Below are positions 46,515 through 58,839 of a stretch of DNA of 64,000 nucleotides, in pieces. Both the position numbers and the translations under genes were made by a program. The notes under the pieces are model-generated. The model was not told where the DNA came from, ran no database searches, and saw nothing but the letters and a program-made list of their open reading frames with translations. Numbering within the stretch: position 1 is the first letter of the stretch; each line of letters begins with the position of its first letter. The stretch comes from Chrysemys picta bellii (taxonomy: Eukaryota): the NCBI RefSeq assembly GCF_011386835.1, contig NC_088796.1, positions 71,486,001-71,550,000 of the forward strand, in the 5' to 3' direction.

Positions 46515-47098
46515 TAGGGTTACCATATCTCATAAATAAAAAAAGAGGACCCTCCACGGCCCTGGCCCCGCCCATTTCCCCACCCTAGCCCCGCCCCAAC
46601 TCCACCCCTTCCCGCCCTAACTCCGCCCCCTCCTCCCTCCCACTCCCAGCCAGGGGGAAAGGGCTGCCCCAGCTCTACCGGCTTCAGGGTTTGCCGGGCA
46701 GCCCCCAGACCCTGCGCCCCCAGCCGGCGCTTCCCCAGCGCAGCTGGAGCCCGGGAGGGGAAGCGCCCAGCCGGGGGCGCAGGGTCTGGAGGCTGCCCGG
46801 CAAACCGTGAAGCTGGTAGCGCTCGGGCTTTGGGCAGCCCCTATGCCTCTGGACCCTGCGCCCCCAGCCGGGCACTTCCCCTCCCGGGCTCCGGCGGCGC
46901 AGGGTCCAGAGGCACGGGGCTGCCCGAAGCCGGTAGCGCTCGGGCAGCCCGGCTCTTAAACAGAGCCGCCGAGACGGGGAGGAGCAGAGCCGCCATTTTC
47001 CCGGACATGTTCGGCTTTTTGGCAATACCCCCCGGACGGGGGTTTGACTGCCGAAAAGCCGGACATGTCCGGGAAAAAGAGGACGTATGGTAACCCTA
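46515..47098. mobile_element. Non-autonomous hAT (Tip100-like) element, 584 bp
   Basis: Same TIR TAGGGTTACCATA and subterminal ccggacatgtcc motifs as 41314; GTTATAG duplicated; two internal GC hairpins. Confidence 0.92.
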
Positions 47099-47914
47099 GT
47101 TATAGAACCTTAACTACAACAGTCCTTGCCACTCCCACTAGAAATAATATTTTCTACTTCTATAGTACTTTCCGTCTGAAGCTCTCAAAACATATTACAT
47201 TCACTAATCAACCCCCACAACACTCAGGAGACTTAAAAAAGAGTTATCTGGAATGTTGTGGAGTGAAACCAAAAGAGAGTGGTTGTTAGTTACCCATCAT
47301 TATGTAGCAATTAAAGGCCACAATCATGAAGGGAACCAAGCTCTTCCAAGAAGAGAAGTATCAGCCTTGTGCTTTAACTTCCAGACCAAATTCCATCACT
47401 TTGCAATCAGAAAATGTCAAAAGTGAGGCTACTAACCACACGTTTTAGGTTAAAAATGTTGGTGGCAACTGATGTCCCTTTGAAGCCTACTTTATCTTCT
47501 CCCAAAGAAAGGAATCTAAATACAAAATTATGTCCTGATCATCAAAAGTCAATGCACTGCATTGCTCCCAGGTTAGCCAGCTTTATTCTAGAGTATTTCA
47601 ACTACTTTCAGGTCTCAAGGGAAGAGACGTTACCAATGTGGAGCTATTTCCTTTTTCCTGAGCTGTCACTTTAGTACCAGCTGCAATGGTTAACATTTAG
47701 CAGCTCAGATAGTGCAGGGGTTCTGTAGTGGGAACCATAAGAGCACAGATAGAACTAATCAAATAATGGGAGGGATAGAGAAGGACAACCACCCTTCAAA
47801 GAATCCTTGAGCTCAATTGTGCATTAAAGCAGTTTTAATGGAAGCCCAGAAAGCATTGCACCCCAGCTATCACAATGTCTTTTGGAATGCAAACTACCTA
47901 GCTATTCAGAAGTT

Positions 47915-48150
47915 TTGGGTACTTATATGCCCCTCCTCACTGCAGTACCTGAGCACCTCACTATCTTTAATGTATTTATTCTCACAACACTACTGTGAAG
48001 TATGGAAGTACGATTATTCCCATTTTACAGATGGGGAACTGAGGGACAGCGAGACTAAGTGACATGTTCAGGGTCACACAGGAAGCCTGTTGCAGAGTAG
48101 AGAATTGAACCCAGGTGTTCCACAGCCCAGACTATCACCCTAAGTTCTGG
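47915..48150 (-). mobile_element. MIR-like CORE-SINE
   Basis: attattcccattttacagatggggaactgagg...agggtcacacag...gaattgaacccagg. Confidence 0.78.
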
Positions 48151-50087
48151 ACAAGCCTTTCTCCTTGATCTGGAGCAGTACATGCTCCCTCCCTTTCCAC
48201 AGTGGTCAACAGACCACTCAAGGACTGCATGTGTGCCCACCTCCTGTAGAGAGGTGCAAAGGGGATGGGGAAGGGCATTTCCTTGCCCCCTCTCCCTCCA
48301 TTGTGCACCCATAAAGGAGTATGCACAATGGAGTCTTGTATTTGCAGGTGTTTTTCCCTTCAGCTGTAAGGATTCCTTCTTAAATCTCAAAAGGCCAGGA
48401 CTCTTCACTATGTTTTTCTGCTAAGTGCCTACTTTGTCTCTCTCCTCTGTTGCTGCTGAACTTTGCTTCTTCCTGCCCCTGGCTGGGTCACTGTAAATGC
48501 TGGCAGGCAGTACTTGCAGAGAGAAGCTCAGTGGAGAGCAGCACATTGCAGCCAGTTTAATTTTTGAAACCTAAGGGATGAATCAGCTAGAAGAGAAGCA
48601 GGGAATCAAAATTCTCAGTGTCCGAGTACCCTGCCAACAGCAAGACAATCAGCCAGGAGGAGGCTGGAATTTTTCCACCCTTAAGGACTCAGGGTAGCTG
48701 CAGTACTGTGTCAGGAATTGCCAGCATCACTGGATGATATAAAGACTTGATTCTTGTTCTGTTATGAAACTATCTGCCTTAAATGTTTTCAAGCCATCAC
48801 CAATACACTGATAGCAGTTGGATTGTGTTACTATTTGCATCATGTTTTACAGGTACATAGTCTACAATGTAACTTTCATTGATTTGTTTAGATATAAAAA
48901 AAGCACAAATAATTTATGAAAAATTGTATATATTACAATTGTAACCCTCTCATCCTTCTATGGAACTATGTCTCCATTCTGCATCGGATCTGCTAGCACT
49001 GACCTCAGTGCCTGTGCAGAATCCCAAGCATCTGCCCTAGCAGATCTTAGACAGGATCAAATCCTTAAATAATAACCTCTTCAAGTAGAGACCATGTCCC
49101 TTGATATATATGCACAGGTCCTACTACAATGGGGCCCTGACTCTGACTGGGGAACCTGGGCAGTATTGTAACACCAAGTAACAGTAATCACAATCATAAT
49201 CTTGATTCTGATTTTAGAATACACCAGGAGTAAATCCAATGAAATATCTGAAGATGCAGCCATTTTTAAATTGGGGTAATGAGCTCTAAACGAGGCCTGC
49301 TGAATTTAAATACTATTAGGAGTACTTCCACTTTTTTTAATGCTTAATACTCATACGGTCTGATCCAAACCTCATTACAGTCAATGAGAATTCGATTGAC
49401 TTAAATAGACTTTGGGTCAGGCCCACACAGCACTCCTCCCGTCTGTGAAACACAAAACAGGGACAGGGCTGAATGAGACAGATTATAGTCTTTCTATATT
49501 TATTCTCTTGTTCTTTCAAAATGGCCATATTTTCATTTATTAAAAAAACAACACTATAAAACAGAGAAAACTGTTGCATTAGAGTGCCAGAAATTGTTTC
49601 TTTAAATGATCTGCATCTATTCCTACAAAAAACGATAACAAAATGTAAAATGTTTCATTGCAAAGATGTGTGTGGGTGTTTCTTGAGCAAGGTGCCATGT
49701 ATTTCTGAAGTTCAGAAGCATGTGAACTATATAACAAAAAAGGTTGCCATGGTAAGCAGGTTGTTTTTCTTCTTTTTCTTTTCTTTTTTTAAAATGAAAC
49801 CCCATCCACAGTAATCACATAACCTTCAGTAAATTATTGGTATATAAAACACTACTGATGTTCCTCGTTGCCACCGCCGCCCCCTCTAAATTGCTTTCTT
49901 TGTCTTGTTCACGGGTATTGCCAAGGCCTCTCTCTTTCTTGACCCCAGCTCCCCTGTGGAGCTGAACATTTCTACTATTCAAAACTGAAACTTAAAGGAT
50001 ATGAAGAATTACGGACATTATATAATGACAACAAATTGTGTATATACACACACACATAGACCCAAGTGTGCATATAGAAAGATAGAA

Positions 50088-51085
50088 ATGGTGGGTAGGA
50101 TCTCTTTTATTGGACCAATTTCTGTTGGTGATAGAGAAAGCTTGTCTTTGTGACCAACAGAAGTTGGTTAACTATAAGATATTACCTCATGCACCTTGTC
50201 TTCATTTCTCAATGGACGCTGCTCAAAACACAAATCCCACTCAGTCTGCCTTGGAGTAACCCTAGATAAATTTCTCACATATCTTAACCACCTGAGGGAA
50301 ACTGCAGCTAAGGTGATGACGTTTAACAGACTTCTAAGCATACTGACCGGCACTTCATGGGGAACAAATGTTCAAACTCTCCAATAATCCAATTTAGGCC
50401 CTCTGTTATTTTACAGCAGAATACTGTGGACCGGTCTGGCGCCATTCGTCTCATGTCAAGTTGGTTGAGACTCAACTATACTCAACCATGAGCATCAAAA
50501 CTGGGGCAATTTGACCCACATCAGTACCTTGGCTCCCTGCGTTAAGCAAAAATCACTCCTCCATCGTGAGGATGCTAAAGCTGGAATGGTTGAAAAGATC
50601 AGGCCAAACGGGAGCCTACCACCATATACCACTGAAAAGTGTGCTTGTTGTCAGGGCACCCACTGTGGGCCCACTTGCCCTGCCCAGAGTTCTCTGTGAT
50701 GTTGATGTGGCATGAAGAATGGTCTGCAACTGATGTCAGAAACCAATCTCTTAAAACTGACCCAAACACGCGTGTATCTTTCTTTGACTTGCCACACTAC
50801 TCATGGGCCCTTCTGAATGGATTTTGAATGGGCCAGGATCAATGTGCAGCCATCCTTCACACCTGGGGCCTATGAGATAATCCCACATGTGGCTGTGGCC
50901 AAAGACAGACAGACAATGTAACACATCACTGACAACTGCCCTCTGACCAGATTTGATGGTGGTCTGAGGGCTCTGCACTTCAGAGATGAGGCTGCTGCAA
51001 ATTGGCTTGGCAAGGTCTGCATCCAGTAAAAAGACGACATTGTATCTCTAATATCCTGGGGGGGAGGGGCCAACATAGCTACAAC
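50088..51085. mobile_element. Penelope-like palindromic terminus, split by RTE-X
   Basis: ttttattggaccaatttctgttggtg...aagctt...accaacagaagttggt...agatattacctc...ccttgtc; resumes at tctctaatatcctggg...gctacaacaacactg after the LINE. Confidence 0.65.
50201..51038 (+). mobile_element. 5'-truncated RTE-X-like LINE (ORF2 C-terminus)
   Basis: LGVTLDKFLTYLNHLRETAAKV..N.LL..L.GTSWG.N.QTL, ALCY..AEYC..VW, C-terminal CGCGQ.QT..HI..NCPLTRFDGGL..LH.....A.NWL, then an aaagacgac tail; stops and frameshifts present. Confidence 0.75.
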
Positions 51086-51214
51086 AACACTGTTAGCAAA
51101 GTGTACACACACACACAAAATAATTTGAGAAGTGATTGACATGCAAGGAGCAAGGGGATATGATTATGCAGATCCAATAAACAGTCCTTTTTTAAGGGAT
51201 GGGGAAACGTATAA

Positions 51215-51400
51215 CTTAAGGTGGTGAAAAAGACAAGCCTTTGAACTTCACAAAGCTCTTTTCAAGTCTGGGAAAGGTAACCAGAATGTCTGAACAAAAT
51301 ACAAGATTTGTAAAACATAGGGGGTTAACATGTTGCAAGAAACCACTTAAAAGAAAATGGGCAATTAACACCTCCACCATCATAGGACAAAGGAGGATAG
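51215..51400. mobile_element. Second Penelope-like fragment
   Basis: gacaagcctttgaacttcacaaagctctttttcaagtctgggaaaggta... resembles the recalled internal continuation of the 50088 family. Confidence 0.5.
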
Positions 51401-53396
51401 CAGGTTACAGATTGTTGTAATGATCCATAAAACTAGTGTCTCTGTTGATATCATGATTTATTCTCCGTCATACTTCAGCTTGTTTGCACATTTTGAGCCA
51501 GATTTTGCTTTCATTTACACTGGTCTAAATCCAGAGTAATTCCACTGACCTCTATGGAATTATACTGTATTTACTACAGTGTAAGAGAGCCAAACTTGGC
51601 CCTTAGACTTGTCTATACCACTCATCTTATAGTCACTGAATGCTATAAAACATCCTTAGCTTGATATTACATGCTCACAATACTTATGTTCCTTGCTGTT
51701 GCCCTTTTCATCTCCACCCACATACCCACTGTACCTGTTTTCACCCCCTCAATGTATTCCTCTGTCCTCTACTTCCCACAAACTCTACCACATTCTTATC
51801 TCCCATCACCTCACCATGAGGTACCTCTTTTCAAAAGTGCAATATGCTGGGTGGGAAGTGAGGGAGATCATATCTCCCACAACTTTTCACTGTCTTCTAG
51901 ATGTCCTTTTCACCATGGATGGAAGGCTATTGCATTGTCATGTAAAGTCCCCAATTGTATGTGGTCCCACTACAGCTCCTCTCAGCATCCTTCTTATCCC
52001 ATAAATCTGACCATTTTCCAACAAAATTCAACACTGTATTATTCATACTGTTCCATATGCTAGACACACCTCTCCCAAATAACTTACATCAGTGTTCCCT
52101 CCCTCTCTTTTTGTAAGCTGCTTCACTGACACATTCTAAGACATCTTTAAGACCTTTCAACTTTTTTCCATTTTGTTTATTTCAACTTGTAAGGTTTTGG
52201 GGACAGAGAACAGTGGCTTCCTATGTATATCTACAGTGCCTAGCACAATGAGCCTCAGTCCCAACTGGGTCTCTAGGCACTACTACAATACAAATAATAA
52301 ATATAAATCAAAGACCTCATGTCCCCTGGGTCTGTTTGCATTGTTTTGCACCATAGCATTACAGCTCCGGTCTTCATATTGGTAGCCCTACCCCAGGCAG
52401 GGATTCTGTTACTTGTTTGGCACAACTCACCTGCTATACAGACTTAGATACACTTCAGGTGCTCCAGATAAAATAAGAAGTTATGAATTATTAAAACTGT
52501 AGAATTATTCCCTAACCAGTGGGGCAGTCATATTAACAAGATGGCATTAATTGGGTTTGTTTGCTGAATTTTTGTTTACCCTTTGTTTGGTTCTATGATT
52601 TATGTTTCTCTTTTTCGTGGCCTGAAAAGATTTTTAAGTAAGTATTTGGTGTGCCTAGCTGGAGAAAAGAAGTCAACTTTATTCCTGGAACAAAAATGTA
52701 TTCCATGGAAGTTCTATGTGCAATATAATATATTATTACTTTAAACATGATCAATACAAGCAAAATTTAATTGTGGGGGGAGGGAGAAAGTTGTTCTTCC
52801 TACCACAAAGAATGAAAGCTTAACTCCTCCCCGCCCCCATTGCTTTGATATTGAAACACAGGTGTACTGATCAAGTTGGCAAGAGCAAACGGGACAAATG
52901 CCCCCTTTTGCCAAAAAAGTCTGGACAGCCAGGACAGGGCTTAAAAAAAGGACTGTCGCTGCCAAAACAGGATGTATGATCAACCTAAGCATATTGTGTG
53001 CTGCTAACCAGGACACCAGGAGCTTCCCTTGGAGGCTTAGAATCTTGAAGAATACCTCAATGAGAAGTAGAGAGATACTCAGTCTGTTTTCTACCCTCTT
53101 AAAAGGCAGCAAAGCACTTGAATATTGAGAACATTGAGGCAGGAGCAAACCACAACACTCTTTTAGATTAATGGATTTCAGAAAGTTTAGACTCCTACAC
53201 TTAATTTAGAGAAAGACCTTGTTACAATTGACTAGATCTTTCTTGAAACCAATGAGCAAGTGGTGAAAAGTACTAACCAATCCATTACCAATCATGTGAA
53301 AGATCCACATCCCACCTCTATTACAGCACAAAATTTTACACTTAAATGAACAGATCTGGAAGATGCCCTACTAGAATCTGAGGTTTAACTTAAACC

Positions 53397-53820
53397 AGAA
53401 GTTCCCAAATCTTTTTGTCAGCACAATCCCATTTTAACAAAGTATCTCCTACTGAGATTCCCAGATAGCATGGAAGATGCCATTTTGAAGAGCAAAATGG
53501 CATCCTCCGCATGGCGTGACCTCTTATACATGGAGCATGCGAGTCATGCTGCATGAAGGACACCATTTAGCTCTTCAAAATGGCATCCTCAGCATAGTGT
53601 GACCTCATATGTACAGTGCATGTGAGGTCACTGTGTGGAAGATGCCATTTTGCAGAGCAAAATGACATCCTCTATGCATCATGACCTCACACGCACTGTA
53701 CATGTGAGGTCACACTGGTAGGAGCAAAATGGCATCCTCCACACACTAGGGAGTGCCATGACTCCATCTGCTGATGGTGCAGCCCCACTTGGGGTCACCA
53801 CCCACAGTTTAAGTCATCAG
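53397..53820. repeat. Hairpin array (~83-bp period) inside a probable old hAT MITE
   Basis: Alternating hairpins ggaagatgccattttg..caaaatggcatcctcc and gtgacctca..tgaggtcac, about 3.5 units; left end cagaagttcccaaa is hAT-like. Confidence 0.75.
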
Positions 53821-53999
53821 TTCGCAAACTAATGCAACACAATTCTCCTTTGTCTATTGAATAAGAATATCTATATTCTTAATGTTCTACATGTAGGATA
53901 CATTTCTTTTATCTTTACTTGTCTTTGATTAAATACATCCCTGCAGTTTATAATGTATTACGTTAATAATTTTCTTCCATGTCTTCTGATTTAGCTGCA

Positions 54000-54041
54000 A
54001 GTTGTTTCCAAAGCTGTTGTAGTTGTTTCCAAAGCTGTTGT
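54000..54041. repeat. Perfect 21-bp tandem duplication
   Basis: agttgtttccaaagctgttgt x2. Confidence 0.95.
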
Positions 54042-54064
54042 ATCTGTAAATTACATATATTCAA

Positions 54065-54150
54065 ATATTCCAAGGCCAGAAGGGACCATTGTGATCCTCT
54101 AGTCTGACCTCCTGTTATAACTCGGGTCATAAAACTTCCCAAAAATAATT
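54065..54150 (-). mobile_element. CR1 3' end fragment
   Basis: aaggccagaagggaccattgtgatcctctagtctgacctcctg. Confidence 0.7.
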
Positions 54151-55427
54151 ATTTGAGCATATCTATATATGTACACTAGTTCTTTGTCCTTAACCTCCTT
54201 TTCACCAATGCTGTACAACTGTCAATCTCCCACTGTGAAATGATACTTCTGGTTTTAATTCAGTTATTTTCAGCTTTTAGATTATGTCCTCCACTTGCCC
54301 TCTTTAATTTATGTTCTAGGAGTCTTGTGGGAGGCTCTCTTTCATATTATGCTAAAATACTGTAAGTAGTGCCAGGTTCTGATTTACAGAGTAAAGGATG
54401 TATACTTTAGTAAGTCAGTTGATTCTATTTTGGGATGTGCAATAGCAAAATAACCATAGACGCACTCTTCCCCCTCTGCCCCCTATTGGATGAATATAAA
54501 TGTTAGGACCTGAGGATCATCTAGAGCTGGATATATCACAAGCCTCCCTATGCACTTCATTCTTAATTAGCAACACTCCTGCTATTGCAGTCCTGGGTCT
54601 CCCCGGAATCACACTGAATAGTTTAAGATGTTTTTTAATGTAGGCAGATGTCTGCTTGATAATGAGGATGATGTTACTAAAATCATTTGTTGCTCTTGAA
54701 CAGGTTGGGAGCCCAGGTCTCCAAGTGAAAGAATAGTGCATATTCACTGAATTGTCTATCTTTGGATATCATGATCCCAGATGCAACCTAACTGGATGGC
54801 AAAGGGGAAAGAAGGAGGATGCTAGAGTTTGCAAGTTAATCATGAAAATCTTGGAGTGGATATTATTTTTTATTTGCTGCCATGAGGGCTATTCACATGC
54901 TATGGTATCTCTCAACATGAGGTATGTCTCTTCAGTGAAATCGGAGTGTTTTAGAGTTATTGGCAACTTCTAGCTAGATTTAAGAAAGAGCAAATAGTTC
55001 TTTAAAATGAATTTGTAGTAATATCTGTTTCCTATCTCGTATTATGTATTTAACATTACCTCCACTGTAACTATGTCACCTCTGGTTGCAATCTTGTCAC
55101 ATATCATAAAGCGAAACAGTATCAGTACTGGTCAGTACTCAAAGGATCAGTCAGGTACTTCAGTGGTGGTGGTAACTCACTGAGTGATTCTCTTTCCTCT
55201 GTGAGAGCTGAGACAATACTCCAGTATGGTATTTGGAAGCTAAAGACACTTTTTATAAGAATAGGAAACTGTTAATCTTGGTGATCTGGCCAAATTCCAA
55301 TTTATTGTATTTCATTCTGAGACTACAGAGGAGAACAATAAAAAAAAGATAAAAAGTTTAGAAAACATGACCTATGAGTAAAAAAGTTAAAAGTAAGTTA
55401 TATATACATACATATACATGGGGGGTG

Positions 55428-55746
55428 TTCAGTCTTGAGAAGAGACAGCTAAAAGGGGAACTGATAGTCTTCAAATATGTTAAAGGCTGCTAGAAAGAGG
55501 ACCGTGATAATTTATTCTCCGTGTCCACTGAAGGTTGGACAAGAAGTAATGCATTAGATTTAGGAAAAACTCTGTAACTAGAAGAATCGTTAAGATCTAA
55601 ACTAGACTTCTAAAGGATGTTGTGGATTCCCCATTATTAGAGGGTTTTAAGACCAGGTGGGACAAACACCTGTCAGGAATGGCATAGGTTCTGCCTCAGA
55701 TGACCTCTCATGGTCCCTTCCTACCCTACATTGCTTTGATTTGATT
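55428..55746 (+). mobile_element. CR1 3' fragment
   Basis: gtcttgagaagaga...gtcttcaaatatgttaaagg...gatgacctctcatggtcccttcc...tgatttgatt. Confidence 0.8.
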
Positions 55747-58019
55747 ATCTTTATTAATGCATAGTGTGATATAATATAATGATTAATGCTCTGAACTAAA
55801 TTTCTCCATGAAACTGTATCCGTACTATTGCTAAAGGTACATGACTCATACACTGTCTCACCTCAAGGTGAACAAATCAGTTATACAAGAACCCTTTCCT
55901 ATATCATTCACCATGAAAGTTCCTGTAAACCAATTCTCAAAAAAATAAAATAAACACAGGTACATGTTATTACTTCAATTTCCATGGAGATAACAAAAAT
56001 TACATTTTCAATAACATTTTCAGAGGTGAGAATATGACACAAAAGTTGTTTTTAAATGTAGCCATCTTATAGGTGGCTCCTGAAATATTTGGGATGAGCA
56101 TTTGACCACCCAACTTATTACAATACTGGCTTGAGCAGTAGGATGTTATTAACATTCCTTCTCCCTTTGATTGTCAAAGAAGCTGAGTGTGCTGGAGATA
56201 ATTGGCTACAGACTAAGAGTAGCCTTGGTTAGCCACTCATTTCCAAATGCAGAAGCCTCATGGTGGAGTTTGTGGAGATGCAGCGAAAAAGCCTGTTTTC
56301 ACTATTATTCTAATGGGACTGAATCTGGGAGAGGAGGAGCCCACATTTTGTGACCAGCCAGCTCTCTGTGGACAACTAGCAAGTGATTTGCAGACCAACA
56401 GTGGTCTGGGTACCAAAGTCTGTGAACTGCTGCACTAGAATATTCTTGGACAAAAAGTGCAAGAGGGATACAAACAAAAACTAAGTGGCTTTGTTTAACA
56501 ATTCAAATGACTATTCATGGAAAATATTCCACCCAGCTCTAATCTAAAGCAGATGAATTTATTTTATCAGATTCAGCAACAGAAAATGTTACTCCAATAA
56601 CACTGATCTTATCATTGGAAAAGCTTAAAAACAAACTGTTGAACTAGAAACAAGACATAAATAGGCAATGATGGGATTCCAAAACTTGACAGGAGCAGGG
56701 GGCCTGGCTATTGCTAGGAGGGGTTACTGCTGTGTAAGAATACAGGAACAGGAACTGCCTTCAGGATCAGAGCATGTTAAAGACAAAGAAGTCAGGGAAT
56801 GCAGTACTTAAAGGTCCTCATATTAACATTAGCTTGCCCCATATTGCACACACAAAACATTTTCAGGCTTCTAAGTATATAGACCTAAGGCACCCATCCT
56901 GAAAACACATCTGTGCTTAAGAGGATCACATTAGGTAACATGGGCATAAATGTTTACAGAACCAAAGCCTTCGATATATATACAGTCTATGCAATGTGCT
57001 TGATTAAATATTACTATAAGAATCTGTTACAGGAGCTTTTCAATTTCATTTTTAAAAATATGCTCATCCTATTTTCTCTTTGTAAAATTCTCCATATCTG
57101 CTGAAATAAGTCACCAGAATTGGAGAAACAACTCAATATTGTTACATATATATATTTTTAAAGCAGTAGAATGACTAGCTGCTTTTTGGAGTATGAAAAT
57201 TTCACCTAAGTATATATTTTATTAATATCAAGAGGTACTACTTCCTTCTAATTTGAGGTTAAAAGATTATCACAGCTTTTAGCTTACTGAAGCAGGTTTT
57301 TGGCTTTAATAAAAATTGTGACTATTTTATGTTCTCTTTTTTAGAAGCCCTAGATACAGCAAGCAATGAACATCTGGTCCTTTTGGACTCAGTAATGTTT
57401 ATTGGCTTAAATTAGCATACAGGTCTCATTGTCTCCAAGAATGTGATATAATGCATTATTGAGATTGCAGTGAAATATCAATGATGATATAGTTTTTAGC
57501 AGAATTTCCAACAAGTTTACAAGAAGCAAGTCTCCATGGTTAAAGAGGGCTTTGAAAAATGCAAATTCACTATCCTCAGCAATATAAAGATGTTCCCCAA
57601 AGAGTAAGCAAAATATTCCCATTTCAAACACCAGACCCTAACCTAACCTCATTCTAAGAAGGAGATGGTGTTTATTTGCTCACCATTACTCTGTGTTATG
57701 GATGTATACGGTGAGCCAAATTCAGAGGTCATGGGTAAAGACATGTAAACTACGCACCAAAAATTGGGCACATGGGTCTAAGTTCATGTAAATTACATAC
57801 TGAAGGGTCAATCACTTAGAACCCTCCTCAACTCACTTCTGATTTGAGCCCAATTTGTCTAAAAGGTATAAAGCATGTTAAAAGGACACACAAAGAAAAG
57901 TGAGCAAAAACAATGACTTCTTCTTAACTCAACATTTCTGTGTCCTTGGGTCACAGACACATACTATACTAACACAATATTCTTGCTGATAGCTAGTCTG
58001 CTTCTGCTAGGCTAAGGAA

Positions 58020-58839
58020 GAGTCACATGACTCTGGTCTCAATTTTGGGGTGCCTGTATTTTTCCACAAGCTGGTCTGGGAACTGAGTTTGGAACAAAGG
58101 GTTCCCGCCATATGCTAAAGCTATATAAAGGCAGGGAGTGACACTCCCTTCATTCCCTCCACCCCCAACTGAACATGTAAGAGAAGCTCCAAAGAGAAAG
58201 AACTTGGAACACGAATGGGGATCCCAAGCTGCAAAGCAAGTGCAGCTTGTGCCTTAAGAATCTGCAAGCCTGCTTGTCTCATCAGACAGGGTGAGAGATT
58301 GCTAATTCATATGCAATCTATCTAGTAGGTTAAGCTTAGTTTGCAGTTTTGTTTATTTGCTAGATAATCTGCTGTCATCTGTTTGCTATCCCTTATAATC
58401 ACTTAAAATGTATCTTTTGTAGTTAATAAACTTGCTTTTGCTTTATCTAAACCAGTGAGTTTGAATGAAGTGCTTGGAAATCTTAGCTCAATGTGCAAAG
58501 GCTGTTGCATTTTTGAGGCGGAGTCGAACTGGATAATAAATTCATACTGGTTGGGGTTTTGACCAGGGCAGGATGGTACAGCTCTGGGGTCCTAGATTGG
58601 GAAGTTGGTGGTTATTTTGGCTGTAGCCTCTCTATTGTTGGTTCAGGTAGTGGCTGGTCAGCCTACATGTAACTGCATGGGTGTGTCCCTAGCTGTGGTG
58701 AATGCTGGTGGAAGTGTAGAACTGGGAGTGGGTCTGCAACTTGTCACAGCAACACCATGTGAGAGGAAGCCCAGGCTGGTGAGCCAGAGGGCTCAGTGGT
58801 ACCCTAGTTCCAGATGGCACCCCAGCGGGACCCATCACA
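58020..58839 (+). mobile_element. 5'-truncated LTR (Gypsy-like)
   Basis: TATATAAA 58122-58129, AATAAA 58425-58430, ends cccatcaca; no matching 5' TG end or TSD found. Confidence 0.65.

Noticed and set aside
53472-53745. CRISPR-like repeat-spacer array
   Set aside because: Vertebrate context, no cas genes, and the spacers are themselves repeated hairpins rather than unique sequences.
56171-56438. Two overlapping 60-aa ORFs
   Set aside because: No recognisable domain or convincing splice signals; length is within chance expectation.
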